In this document: positions 42,193-52,326 of the stretch, one piece after another | Position numbering within the stretch: position 1 is the first letter of the stretch | How the letters are laid out: the number at the start of each line of letters is the position of its first letter | DNA from: Escherichia phage vB_vPM_PD112 | Sequence record: NC_054928.1 | Reading direction: 5' to 3' (one strand) | Length of the DNA stretch: 64,000 bases | The notes under the pieces: model-generated | The model's input: the letters and a program-made list of their open reading frames with translations, nothing else | The model's database searches: none | Told to the model about the DNA's origin: nothing | Program-made: the position numbers and the translations under genes

Positions 42193-42722
42193 CTGGCTCA
42201 TCCATTCTTTACGAAGGTCAGCATTATCTCCCATGAGCATTTCAAAAAGCTCTTTCCAATTCTCAGGAAGTTTAACAACATCATATACTGGGTTTTGAAT
42301 CATCTCACGATATTCAGATTTTTCCAAAGAGCCAAGTCCCTTAATATAACGGATGCTATGTTTAGGTAGAGCATCTTTGGCACTCTCATATTCAGCGACT
42401 GTATAAAACCATTCTTGTTTTTTGCCGACCTGAGCGATGATTACAGGAGTTTTGACAAAGCGAATTCTTCCTTGTTCAAACAGTTCTGGCCAATTACTAA
42501 AAAATCCGAGCAGAGAAGGATAAATAGAACCTAATCCAATAATCTCTTAATTATGAGGTATTTCTATAGATAGCCCGAAGGCTATCCATCGTGATCTGCG
42601 TCTGTCATAATAGCGACATTCGCATAGTTCATTGAAGAGGATTTAATAGAACGACGAACATTGTTCTGCAATTTATATTTTTTCATATCAACGCTAGAAG
42701 AATCAATTTTTACAAATTTCAT
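42193..42722 (-). CDS. 60: DNA topoisomerase II small subunit gp60; two coding segments 42722..42585 and 42534..42193 joined by translational bypass
   Basis: Segment 1 MKFVKIDSS...MTDADHDG ends GGA-UAG; segment 2 LGSIYPSLLGFFSNWPEL... resumes after landing GGA; 160 aa total as in T4. Confidence 0.9.
42535..42584 (-). other. gene 60 50-nt translational bypass (hop) element
   Basis: UAG stop after take-off GGA, hairpin UAGCCUUCGGGCUA, landing GGA at 42535-42537. Confidence 0.9.
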
Positions 42723-43521
42723 TATACACCTCATAGAACTTTTCATCAGGAATCCAACCGCGTTTAAATTCATTAAATGCTCGGCCGAATAATTTTGAAT
42801 TCACAGTTATATTATTAACTGATTTCCATTTAGCAACTCCTGTTCGTTTATAATGATCGGGGTCATATTTCGTGACGTACCATTCATATAAATTTGGTAT
42901 TAATTTTACAGCCTCTGGATTTGTCGCTGATTTATTATACCATGGTTTCGCTTTTTCAAGTTCAGCTGCTTTTGCAGTAGCAGCAACAGTATTTCCAATA
43001 CCAACTAATTTTTCAGCTTTAATGCGTGGATCATTAACATGAAGACGAAAAACTTCGCCCTTTTCATTTTTAAAGCATGTCATGCCTTTAATTCCAGGAA
43101 GCTTAACACCTTTATTAACACCACACCATTCCTTTGGGTTAAATGATCCTTTAATTAATAAGGCGCATTTACCCGATTTAATACTTCTCATTAAAACTTT
43201 ATCTTTCATAAAGTTTTTTGACCATTCAGATACTGCTCTTTGATGGTAAATTCTAGCAATTTCATATAATTTACTAGAACGTAAATATTTTTCAGTGTTT
43301 AACATTCTATTCATCGCATATGCCATTTCACGATTACGATGAATTTTATATAGTAGAAAATGTGCTAAAAAGTGTTCACGAAAAGTCAGTTTCACCAAAT
43401 TTTCTTTATCATCAGAACCTCCCATTGATCTTGGAAGGATATGATGAATTTCACCCTTAAATTTAGAAACGCGGGTTTTACCCCGCACTATTAAGTCATT
43501 ATAGATTTTTTCGTAATTCAC
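42703..43521 (-). mobile_element. mobA: HNH homing endonuclease (MobA-like) between genes 39 and 60
   Basis: 272 aa with HNH motif GEIHHILPRSMGGSDDKENLVKLTFREHFLAH. Confidence 0.8.
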
Positions 43522-45049
43522 CTACTGTTATCCATTTACCATTAATCTGTACTTCATCATTTTCATTTACGATAATTGTATCGCCATTTAGTTCGAAAGT
43601 AAACCACTCGCCATCTTCTTTTTCTTCAAACGCCTTTTCACCAAGAACTAATCCAGTGATTGCGCAAATATCAAATAGTTCTTTGTTTTTAAGCATATCG
43701 GCATATGACATACCCCAGCTATTAAGAACTTTACCGCGCAATGGATAACCACCATGAAGTTCTTTATCACGAACATCAATAAGATATCCAATAGCAGAAT
43801 CACCCTCAGTCAAGAAAAGAGTAGTATCAGCATCTTTACCACAAAGATTCGCTTTGATATGTTTATGAACCTTAGCTTTAGAAGCCTTTTTAGCTGCTTT
43901 AGTTTCTGCTGCTTTTTCTGCCGCCAATTTACGAGCCAAAGCAGCTTCGATAATCGGCATTAGAATTGCTTCATTATTTAGAATAGCGCGTGAAATCTTT
44001 TTAGCATCAAGCTGAATATGACTACGAATTTCACCAAAAGGAGAAGTAAGTCGTTCTTTAGTTTGAGAATCAAATCGCATGTTTTTCATATCACGGACAA
44101 ACATAACGATAGTCAAACATTCTTTGACACGTGCTTTAGTTACATCAATTTTGAATTTACGTTTGATTTGTGGAATAAGGTCTTCACAAATATCATCCAT
44201 AACACAATCAATGTGATGGCCACCATTCTTAGTATGAATGTTATTCACATAAGTTAATTGACGAAAACCATCCGGTGAACGACCAACAGCAATAGAACAA
44301 TTTTCTTGTTCTTGAACGATAGCATGTTCATCATACTGTCGTGCATATTTCTTAAAATTACCCTGAACCTTTTTACCATTAAAGGTAAATTGAATATCAG
44401 GATAAACTACTGCAAGTGTCTGGAGACGATCCAGTGTAATGTCAAGATAAACTTGAGATAGCTCATTAGTTTCAAATGACATAAAATCAGGAATGAAAGT
44501 AACGCGAGTTCCTTTCCATTTTCCAGGAATAGTTTCCCAGGATTTATTTTCCATGCCATTTGAACAACGAACTACAATATTATTTTGACCATCGCCGGTT
44601 TCACCGACAAACATCACAGAAAAAATATTAGTTAAACTAGAACCAACACCATTCATACCACCAGTGACGCGTTCTTTATCATCACCGAAGTTACCACCTG
44701 CTTTTGGAATAGTCCATGCAGCAACTGGACCAGGAATTTCTTCACCGGTAGGTGTTTTAACCATCGCCTGTGGAATACCGCGACCGTTATCTTCAACTGT
44801 TACTTGATTGTTTTTAATAGTAACATTAATTTTATTTGCGAATTTAAACTTAGTACGAATACCTTCATCTACTGAGTTATCGATAATTTCATCAATAAGC
44901 TTAACAAGACCAGGTACATACTGAACACTTTCCCATTTACCAAACAGAAAGCGCTCATGCATTTCATTAGCTGAAGAGCCAATGTACATGCCGCTACGCT
45001 TTTTGATATGTTCAATATCGCTCAGAATTTTAATTTCATTCTTAATCAT
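43499..45049 (-). CDS. 39: DNA topoisomerase II large subunit gp39 (GyrB-like ATPase part)
   Basis: 516 aa from MIKNEIKIL; ATPase motifs; T4 gp39 size. Confidence 0.93.
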   Translation of the reverse strand: MIKNEIKILSDIEHIKKRSGMYIGSSANEMHERFLFGKWESVQYVPGLVKLIDEIIDNSVDEGIRTKFKFANKINVTIKNNQVTVEDNGRGIPQAMVKTPTGEEIPGPVAAWTIPKAGGNFGDDKERVTGGMNGVGSSLTNIFSVMFVGETGDGQNNIVVRCSNGMENKSWETIPGKWKGTRVTFIPDFMSFETNELSQVYLDITLDRLQTLAVVYPDIQFTFNGKKVQGNFKKYARQYDEHAIVQEQENCSIAVGRSPDGFRQLTYVNNIHTKNGGHHIDCVMDDICEDLIPQIKRKFKIDVTKARVKECLTIVMFVRDMKNMRFDSQTKERLTSPFGEIRSHIQLDAKKISRAILNNEAILMPIIEAALARKLAAEKAAETKAAKKASKAKVHKHIKANLCGKDADTTLFLTEGDSAIGYLIDVRDKELHGGYPLRGKVLNSWGMSYADMLKNKELFDICAITGLVLGEKAFEEKEDGEWFTFELNGDTIIVNENDEVQINGKWITVGELRKNL

Positions 45050-45118
45050 CACTTATCCTCGTTTGGTTTCGGGAATATTATACTCCAATAATCATAAAGC
45101 TAAAGGCCCGAAGGCCTT

Positions 45119-45379
45119 TTATTTAAAACGAATAGTCGAATCCTTGAAGAATAGTCCAGAACATACTGTTCCTTCTACTTTCTGCCCGGTAGGTCCAATA
45201 GCACGAAATCCAGTATGTTGGAAATCATTTTCAGAGCAACCGAACCAATTATATCCAGTGATTTCAATATTAGTAAAACCACTTGAAGACAAAACTTTGG
45301 TTGCATTATCAGCATCAGTACATCCTACTAAAGATACTGCTAATACTAATGCTGCAATAGAACGATTAATATATTTCAT
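45119..45379 (-). CDS. hypothetical lipoprotein (39.1 position)
   Basis: ORF track, 86 aa; signal peptide with LVGC lipobox. Confidence 0.5.
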   Translation of the reverse strand: MKYINRSIAALVLAVSLVGCTDADNATKVLSSSGFTNIEITGYNWFGCSENDFQHTGFRAIGPTGQKVEGTVCSGLFFKDSTIRFK

Positions 45380-45381
45380 AA

Positions 45382-45558
45382 TTACCCTTTAAGCAAGTCG
45401 TAAAATCCACCATTCACATGCTTAGGGGCAGAGACTAACCGAATAGCAATCCGATGACAATCAGGACATACATCAGTATCCCTTTCAGAAATTTTCTTGA
45501 TTTTTTCGTATTCTTTTGCACAGTCTTTGGATTGACATTTATAATCATAAAGCGGCAT
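45382..45558 (-). CDS. zinc-ribbon protein, 58 aa (39.2 position)
   Basis: Own translation MPLYDYKCQSKDCAKEYEK...CPDCH; two CxxC pairs; not in ORF track. Confidence 0.5.
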   Translation of the reverse strand: MPLYDYKCQSKDCAKEYEKIKKISERDTDVCPDCHRIAIRLVSAPKHVNGGFYDLLKG

Positions 45559-45560
45559 AA

Positions 45561-45992
45561 TTATTCCTTAAAGTGAGCTTTCAACATCTGATACAAGGAC
45601 CATGCTTGTTCATTATTTTCAATAGTAACTTTCATTACCGGGAATTCAGATGGTTCAGTTACTGGTGCAGGGTCTTCCTGCTCTTCAGCTGCCTGGTATG
45701 GATTTTCAACTTCATCAAAGAATTCAGCTTCATTCGATGAAAGCCAAATAAAATCTTCATCCAAAATATCTTTACCGGAGGATAATGCCAATCTTCCAGT
45801 AGATGTCACAATTTTAGTAGGACGACCAAGATAGTCAATATCTATAACTTTAAAAGGTTCCATACCTAAACGTCGTGCATAAATTCCGTTTTCAGTATGA
45901 TATTTAATAAATTTTTCTTGAGCTTGTTTATTTTTAAATTGATACCATTTATTAACTTCAAATTTAATAGCCATTAATAAATTTCCTTCCAA
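45561..45992 (-). CDS. goF: hypothetical protein; position and size of T4 goF
   Basis: 143 aa; synteny only. Confidence 0.45.
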   Translation of the reverse strand: MEGNLLMAIKFEVNKWYQFKNKQAQEKFIKYHTENGIYARRLGMEPFKVIDIDYLGRPTKIVTSTGRLALSSGKDILDEDFIWLSSNEAEFFDEVENPYQAAEEQEDPAPVTEPSEFPVMKVTIENNEQAWSLYQMLKAHFKE

Positions 45993-46189
45993 TAAGTTGT
46001 GCCATTTTCAGTAATTTCACGAAATACACCATAAATTGGTTGTTTATCACCGACTTTCTCATACACATAAACAGAAGTCAAGTGAGTAAACTTGCTAGTA
46101 TGTTCCTTTTGAACTACTACCAAATTTGGATCAAATAATACATCTTCAAATTCATCATTAGTGCAATTCTGAACAATTTTACGTTTCAT
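45974..46189 (-). CDS. cef: hypothetical protein; position and size of T4 cef
   Basis: 71 aa; synteny only. Confidence 0.45.
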   Translation of the reverse strand: MKRKIVQNCTNDEFEDVLFDPNLVVVQKEHTSKFTHLTSVYVYEKVGDKQPIYGVFREITENGTTYWKEIY

Positions 46190-46360
46190 TACAATTTCCT
46201 CATTAATTGAACATTGGAGCGATGCGTTTCAGAAGAGTAGCAGCACCTTTGGCGAATTTTTCATTTTATTCTCCAAGTTGTTTTCTGTATCAGTAGTTGA
46301 TATTGATATAGTACCATAATCAACTACTGATGTATATAGTTTTATGAAAAATTTTAAACT

Positions 46361-46858
46361 TTATGCGCAGCGAGCGTTGCTGTAGTGTTTAATCCAACTT
46401 TCAGGAATGACTTTGTATGTTCCTAAAAATACCGCGTTGTATAGCTTAACGCCATCTTCTACCCACTGATCGGTAATGTATGCACACATAGCACGAGTAC
46501 GATGTTTTTGAACAACCCCTTCCTCATCTTCAGTAAATTCGAATTCATAAGGAGCAACGAACTTAATAGCCTGACCGAGTTTCCACTTAAAGTCTACACC
46601 TACATGCGAAGTATCAATCGTTTCAATTCCTTTAGCGGGAACAGCTTTCAAAAACGCAGACTCAAGAAATTTCGCACGAACATAGCCAAACTGAGGTTTA
46701 GACTTTCCATCTTTAGGAATGATACGCACTTTTACTTCAGAATCTTCATCTTTAACGCCATGTTTAAGCTGAATGCTTACAATTTCGACCAATTTTCCTG
46801 CTGCTTTAGAACGGGATTTATCAGATACACGAGCAATTTCACCAATATTAATAATCAT
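46361..46858 (-). CDS. hypothetical protein, paralog of next ORF (motB region)
   Basis: 165 aa; shares C-terminal DQWxEDGVxLxNxV motif with 46935..47480. Confidence 0.5.
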   Translation of the reverse strand: MIINIGEIARVSDKSRSKAAGKLVEIVSIQLKHGVKDEDSEVKVRIIPKDGKSKPQFGYVRAKFLESAFLKAVPAKGIETIDTSHVGVDFKWKLGQAIKFVAPYEFEFTEDEEGVVQKHRTRAMCAYITDQWVEDGVKLYNAVFLGTYKVIPESWIKHYSNARCA

Positions 46859-46934
46859 AGTTATCTCTCACTTGTTAAAAAGATTTTATACTCCACAGGA
46901 CCATTATACTCTGGTCCCAAGAGTTTGTAAACTA

Positions 46935-47480
46935 TTAATTCAAAATAGCTACCACTGCACTACGAGGTACTACGCTAAAATCACCTGCATGAACAACATT
47001 CAGAAGTTCAACACCATCTTCAATCCACTGGTCTGTTACCCAACCACAGATAGGATTATCAAAAGGACGACGGATAGACACAGCAGCACACAACAGGTCT
47101 GTAGGGTCTTGCTCTTCAACTTCTTGGAACAGAATGAACTCTGCTTCATAAACCAGGATTTTCTCTATTTTGTTATTGTCTAAACGACGACCGTGGACAA
47201 TATAAGATTTAGTAAACCATTTACTTTTTTCAAAGTCTTCAACGGTAAATTCGCCTTCGCCAAAAACATCAGTCAAAGTTTTATGGCCGGAAATCAAGGC
47301 ATTAGTTTTAATTTCAGGTTCAACCAGTTTGTAGGTTTTGCCGATTTCAATAGCGATAGTCATAGTAGGTTCCTTAATTTCCAGTGGTTTAACAGGGCAT
47401 ACATAAGTGCTTACAACATCAAAATCAATCAGTTTAGCTACCGGATTTGGCGTGTATTCAGGATTATAATTAAATTTCAT
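46935..47480 (-). CDS. hypothetical protein, paralog of previous ORF (motB region)
   Basis: 181 aa; conserved C-terminal region. Confidence 0.5.
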   Translation of the reverse strand: MKFNYNPEYTPNPVAKLIDFDVVSTYVCPVKPLEIKEPTMTIAIEIGKTYKLVEPEIKTNALISGHKTLTDVFGEGEFTVEDFEKSKWFTKSYIVHGRRLDNNKIEKILVYEAEFILFQEVEEQDPTDLLCAAVSIRRPFDNPICGWVTDQWIEDGVELLNVVHAGDFSVVPRSAVVAILN

Positions 47481-47482
47481 AA

Positions 47483-48022
47483 TTATCTCATTTCAATAAA
47501 ATCTACGAGTTCAGCATGGGATTTACGGAACATTACTTGGTGCCCGCCAATGATAACTTCATCTTCAGGAACTTCATATACAGCGAGATAAAATCCTTTA
47601 GAAGATAATTCTTCGCGTTCTTCTCGTGTGAACCATCTCATCATATCATATTCGCTAGCGAAAGCAAAATGATAAAGAGCTATAAACCATCCTGGAATAT
47701 GATATTCGACTCCAACATAATCTTTCTTGAACTTAGTATTAATTACTATATTAGCGTTTTTAACTAATAGTTTATCTTCGTGTGGTAAAGGAATTCTTTT
47801 ATTATTATCGCTATGATGCATAAAATTAGGTCTATCATAACCTACGTGTAATAACCACTCTTCGCTCCATGAATCTATTATACTCCTGTACGGCGTTATT
47901 TGAACACAAAGATTTCGACGTATTGTTATAGCATCTTCACAATTAAGAATACTAAAAGATGATTCAACACGATAAATTTTCATTTTATTATCCTCAGTAG
48001 CTATGGTGTTATAATACCACAA
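47483..48022 (-). CDS. hypothetical protein
   Basis: ORF track, 179 aa. Confidence 0.5.
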   Translation of the reverse strand: MWYYNTIATEDNKMKIYRVESSFSILNCEDAITIRRNLCVQITPYRSIIDSWSEEWLLHVGYDRPNFMHHSDNNKRIPLPHEDKLLVKNANIVINTKFKKDYVGVEYHIPGWFIALYHFAFASEYDMMRWFTREEREELSSKGFYLAVYEVPEDEVIIGGHQVMFRKSHAELVDFIEMR

Positions 48023-48046
48023 CTAACCGAGGAAGTAAACAACTTT

Positions 48047-48730
48047 TTATCGTTTTGTTGGAAGAGATAGAGGATCGCACTCTTCCTCTGACGGAGCATC
48101 TTCAAGACCCATAGCATATCGCAAAGCATACTTCATCATCAGGATGTCTTTCGCACAGTCATGAATAGAATTATGCGCAACAAATCCATCTAAAGTTCCC
48201 TTTGGAAGGGGACACGTTGTCATATCACGAACAAGTAGAAGTGCTTCAATTCTGGTACGAATATCACGCTGATTCCAGAATTTACATGGTTCTAACTTAA
48301 ATGTGTCAAGCTCATTCTCAGATACACCATTAAGGCGTTGAATATCACGAATGAGATCGACTAAAATTGGAAAATCAAACGACATTCCACGGCACCAGCC
48401 TTGAGATTTCCAAGGATCGATATTGTGTGCATTGATGTAATCATTAAATTTTGCAATACCATCGATAGTGCTTACATCTTCATCTGATGGTGCAATATTT
48501 TTTCTAGCTTCAGGAGATTGATTCTTCCACCATTCGATAGTGCTTTTAGTAAAAAGACGATGTCCTTTTTGGCTTTTTAAATCAAATTTGATTTTAATGC
48601 CACGTGAAACTAATTCATCGAATGTTTCAACGACTTCTGGATTAGGATCAAAAGCAATTACAGCCAAATCAATAACAGCTGCTTTTTCACCACTTCCCAT
48701 TGTTTCAAAATCTATAATAAAATCAAACAT
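48047..48730 (-). CDS. dexA: exonuclease A (DEDD 3'-5' exonuclease)
   Basis: 227 aa; N-terminal FDFIIDFET motif; T4 DexA size. Confidence 0.85.
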   Translation of the reverse strand: MFDFIIDFETMGSGEKAAVIDLAVIAFDPNPEVVETFDELVSRGIKIKFDLKSQKGHRLFTKSTIEWWKNQSPEARKNIAPSDEDVSTIDGIAKFNDYINAHNIDPWKSQGWCRGMSFDFPILVDLIRDIQRLNGVSENELDTFKLEPCKFWNQRDIRTRIEALLLVRDMTTCPLPKGTLDGFVAHNSIHDCAKDILMMKYALRYAMGLEDAPSEEECDPLSLPTKR

Positions 48731-48987
48731 TAAATTTTCCTTGCTAAATCGCGAATTTGACCTACAGTATAGTCTTGAATATAAACTTTATTAATGGGCT
48801 CATCAATAAATTTTGCCACAGATTCAATGTCTTTTTGTATCTCTTCAAGACTGTATACTATCTTTGAAGCTTTTTCGCGAATAGTAATATTTTCAGGACC
48901 TGGATTTTCTTCAATGACATCTTTAACACTTGTCATAAGAGATTTAAACTGCCACCAACTTAATTCAATCATTAATAATCGCCTCAT
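48730..48987 (-). CDS. hypothetical protein
   Basis: ORF track, 85 aa. Confidence 0.45.
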   Translation of the reverse strand: MRRLLMIELSWWQFKSLMTSVKDVIEENPGPENITIREKASKIVYSLEEIQKDIESVAKFIDEPINKVYIQDYTVGQIRDLARKI

Positions 48988-49225
48988 AAAGATAGCTAAT
49001 TTCGCCTAAAACGTAATCATTGATTGTAACAGTTTTCACTTCACCGCAAAAGAATTCTAACGCAATTAAATCTCGTTCAATTTCTTCTAATTGAAGCCTC
49101 AACTTACTAGATTCTATTTTTACAGTTTCACGATTTTTGCCATAAGCAATTTCATAAATTTCGCTTACTTTATCTTGAAGAAGATAAAACTGATCTTTAG
49201 TTATTTCCACGAATAGCTTCCTCAA
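48965..49225 (-). CDS. hypothetical protein
   Basis: ORF track, 86 aa. Confidence 0.45.
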   Translation of the reverse strand: MRKLFVEITKDQFYLLQDKVSEIYEIAYGKNRETVKIESSKLRLQLEEIERDLIALEFFCGEVKTVTINDYVLGEISYLYEAIIND

Positions 49226-49231
49226 ATTTAA

Positions 49232-50551
49232 TCATACATAAAACACATCATAACGACCACGGGTAACACCAACATAAAGAAGTTGTTGAGCCAATTCAGC
49301 ATCTGCATAATGAATACAAGGCGTATAGATGAAAGCACGGTCTACAGACATGCCCTGAGCTTTGTGGAATGTTGATGCAGGAAGTGCTTTCACTTTACTG
49401 AACTGTGATTTAGCATCCCAAAAATCACTCCATGGAGCTTTTCCACCTTTATTCCAATTTTTATAAGTTTCTGCCGTTTTACCTAAAAATAGGTTAAACT
49501 TATATAGCTCTTCATCAGATGAAATTATTTTAATCTTTTCACGATAATATTCATCATCGCCATAAGTTTCTACTGTTAAATCCCAATGACGAATTAAGTA
49601 TTCTCCAGAAACACCACGAGCTTTAACAAACGTCGATGTATACTCTGCTTCTATAATACGAACTAATTGTCCGTTATTAAAAATAATTTCTGACACAGGC
49701 TTTCCATCAATTTTATATGTTTTAATTAACGGTTCCTGCATTACAATAATTTCACCGACAATAAAATCTTTATCAGTTTCAAAAATCTTTTTACGAATAA
49801 TGCTATTTAACTTGTCAACAGATTTATTCGTAAATGCCATTACACGATTTTCAAACAAATCATCTAGTGATTTGACGATTGAAAAATAATTTACCATAAA
49901 ATCGCGTAAAGCGGTATCACCTGTAAATCCACGTACTCCATGCCCGTCAACAATTTTATCATAAATCCACTTACCGTTACGAACGTCAGTAGCTACATCA
50001 ATAATAGGAGCATTACTGCGTTTAACTTCAGTGAGTTCACACTGATAAAAGTCTTTGTGTGTAAAGAATGGACTGATATAAGCAGTGTTTTCTCCTGGGT
50101 CAACAGGTCTAATTTGCTTATTATCCCCTATTCCAATTATAGTACACCAAGGTGGAATAGTTGAAAGCAGAATTTTAAATAGCTTTCTATCATACATTGA
50201 CACTTCGTCGCAGATTAATACCCTGCATTTAGCTAAATCCGGTACTTCTTTTTGTTCAAAAAGAACGTTTTCTTCGTATGTTACTGGGTTAATTTTAAGA
50301 ATACTGTGAATAGTACTCGCTTCTTTCCCTGACAGTTTTGAAAGAATCTTTTTGGCTGCATGTGTAGGAGCTGCTAAAATAATTCCAGTTTCGCCTGTAG
50401 ATATTAAAGCTTCAATGATGAACTTAGTAAGAGTAGTCTTACCAGTACCAGCAGGTCCATTAATAGTTACATGATGTTTCTTTTCTTTGATAGCCCTCAT
50501 AACGATGTTAAAGGCGTTTTTCTGGCCTTCGGTCAAATCATCAAATGTCAT
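49232..50551 (-). CDS. dda: Dda DNA helicase (SF1B)
   Basis: 439 aa; Walker A GPAGTGKT; T4 Dda size. Confidence 0.93.
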   Translation of the reverse strand: MTFDDLTEGQKNAFNIVMRAIKEKKHHVTINGPAGTGKTTLTKFIIEALISTGETGIILAAPTHAAKKILSKLSGKEASTIHSILKINPVTYEENVLFEQKEVPDLAKCRVLICDEVSMYDRKLFKILLSTIPPWCTIIGIGDNKQIRPVDPGENTAYISPFFTHKDFYQCELTEVKRSNAPIIDVATDVRNGKWIYDKIVDGHGVRGFTGDTALRDFMVNYFSIVKSLDDLFENRVMAFTNKSVDKLNSIIRKKIFETDKDFIVGEIIVMQEPLIKTYKIDGKPVSEIIFNNGQLVRIIEAEYTSTFVKARGVSGEYLIRHWDLTVETYGDDEYYREKIKIISSDEELYKFNLFLGKTAETYKNWNKGGKAPWSDFWDAKSQFSKVKALPASTFHKAQGMSVDRAFIYTPCIHYADAELAQQLLYVGVTRGRYDVFYV

Positions 50552-50859
50552 CGTAAATTCCCTGCAATTGGTATACTAACAATACGCCCAGTATCTAAAA
50601 TTCGCCGATATAATCTTTGTGTGTCTACATCAGGCTTAACATGTTTAACTTCTATTTTATTAAACCAAAACTTGCGTGGAGTCTCAACTAATCTCGGAAT
50701 TCCCATACCTAAAGCTAGTCGATACTGCTCTTTAAGAGTTGTAAATACTTTATCAGCAATCTCCCTTTCAAAAAATACAGCAGGACGATGTTCATCAAGA
50801 GGAACAGGCACCGCAAATCCATCTTTATCTCTATACACTATCGCATATACATAAAACAT
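50548..50859 (-). CDS. hypothetical protein (dda.1 position)
   Basis: ORF track, 103 aa. Confidence 0.45.
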   Translation of the reverse strand: MFYVYAIVYRDKDGFAVPVPLDEHRPAVFFEREIADKVFTTLKEQYRLALGMGIPRLVETPRKFWFNKIEVKHVKPDVDTQRLYRRILDTGRIVSIPIAGNLR

Positions 50860-50860
50860 A

Positions 50861-51607
50861 TTATCCTCGGATAAGTTTAAAAATTGAACAATTTAGCGGG
50901 TATCCTCTTTTCAGTTTAAGTTTATCAATAAAAGACAAGTTTTGATACCGCTCTACACCTTGAATAATTTTATCACACATATCATATTGCATTTCTGCTT
51001 CTGACAACTTTTTCACGGTTTTCCAATCCGAGCCTTTAAGAAGAACGTTCAATTTAACAACTTCAGCGCCTTCTGCTATACGAGAACCATCAATACGAGC
51101 TTTGAGTGCTACAATCGTTAGCTTAATATCAGAGGTTTGTTTTGATTTAGAAAGCTGAGAAATGTGTTCAATTCGGTTTTCGCGTTTTTTCTGTATAGCT
51201 TTAATTTGATTATAAGTCTTTTTGATTTTAGCCCATTTCTTTTCATCTAAATTTAGTTTATGAACTTTTTTCGCAGATGAACGACCAATTCGCAAAGCAA
51301 ATAAATCACGCTTTTCAATCAACTCTTCTAAAGTATAATCAGAACGAAATGTATTATACTTTTTCTTTACTGCAATAACATTCCCTTTAATGTATCCAAC
51401 GTTATTATCAAAACGTTCTAACGATAATTTCTCTCCTTCAATACGATTATCAAAAGGTTCTCCTGAGTAAGCGCAAACTTTCTGATCTAAAATGTTCTTA
51501 ATGTAATTGAAGTCTAAGTTAAAATCTTTAGAACGTCTTTTAGCTGATGCCTGAGTGTGCTCTAAACGACGTGTAATTTTACGAATTTGATTTTTAGACA
51601 GTTTCAT
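50861..51607 (-). CDS. srd: hypothetical protein; position and size of T4 srd
   Basis: 248 aa; synteny only. Confidence 0.45.
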   Translation of the reverse strand: MKLSKNQIRKITRRLEHTQASAKRRSKDFNLDFNYIKNILDQKVCAYSGEPFDNRIEGEKLSLERFDNNVGYIKGNVIAVKKKYNTFRSDYTLEELIEKRDLFALRIGRSSAKKVHKLNLDEKKWAKIKKTYNQIKAIQKKRENRIEHISQLSKSKQTSDIKLTIVALKARIDGSRIAEGAEVVKLNVLLKGSDWKTVKKLSEAEMQYDMCDKIIQGVERYQNLSFIDKLKLKRGYPLNCSIFKLIRG

Positions 51608-51635
51608 ATTTTTCTCACGGACGGGTTAACTACTT

Positions 51636-51668
51636 ATACTATAACATTTTTACTTCAGCTTGTAAACA
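51636..51668 (-). promoter_or_regulatory. T4 early-type promoter
   Basis: gtaaac 51662-51667 and actata 51638-51643 on plus strand. Confidence 0.5.
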
Positions 51669-51723
51669 ACTTTATGAAAAATGCTTTAAAACTTTCATGG
51701 TATAATGAATCTAAGTCCTTCCA

Positions 51724-52326
51724 TTATAGATTAAATCCTTCAAAATCAAGAGTATAGATAGTGTATGTTGAATACTTTTTATACTCGTATCTATCCGCAA
51801 TTCTAAATACACTTCCAGCTGGTATCATTACTTCTTGTTCATCTGAAACTAATTCCATATTACGATAACGATGGCTATCTGGAAACTTAAAACTCGGACT
51901 ATATTCTTTACAACGTAAAGCTTTTATAGCATACTCCTGGAAATTAAATACCATAGGAGCTTTGAATTCAAAAATAACTTGTGTATTGTATTCTAATCCA
52001 GAAGCAAAATGTAGAGCTATATTTTTATCATATGAAGCTGATACTACTTTATCAAATGTAATAATATCAATTCCTTGATTTAATACTTGTTTAGTCTCAG
52101 CTGGAACACCTCTCCAAAGAGGTTTATCGTTTGGAACCAAACGAGATTTGATTATTTCATTTAACCAAGAGTGGTCGTCTGGCTTATTAGTAATACAATG
52201 AATTAAAAGTTCAATTTCGGATAAATTAAATCCTTCAGAAAGTAATTCTTCACGAATAGAAGCACGAACCGATGTATCCATTGATTTTATTTTAAAATCT
52301 TTTAGTTGCATTACTGAGTATTTCAT
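51724..52326 (-). CDS. modA: ADP-ribosyltransferase ModA
   Basis: 200 aa; R-S-E type ART motifs (LWRG, SAS, EF); T4 ModA size. Confidence 0.75.
   Translation of the reverse strand: MKYSVMQLKDFKIKSMDTSVRASIREELLSEGFNLSEIELLIHCITNKPDDHSWLNEIIKSRLVPNDKPLWRGVPAETKQVLNQGIDIITFDKVVSASYDKNIALHFASGLEYNTQVIFEFKAPMVFNFQEYAIKALRCKEYSPSFKFPDSHRYRNMELVSDEQEVMIPAGSVFRIADRYEYKKYSTYTIYTLDFEGFNL

Noticed and set aside
42582-42773. 63-aa ORF ending in a TOPRIM-like MTDADHDG fragment, looking like a truncated gyrase pseudogene
   Set aside because: It is the first coding segment of gene 60, and the track extended it to an upstream Met; translation continues after the 50-nt bypass.
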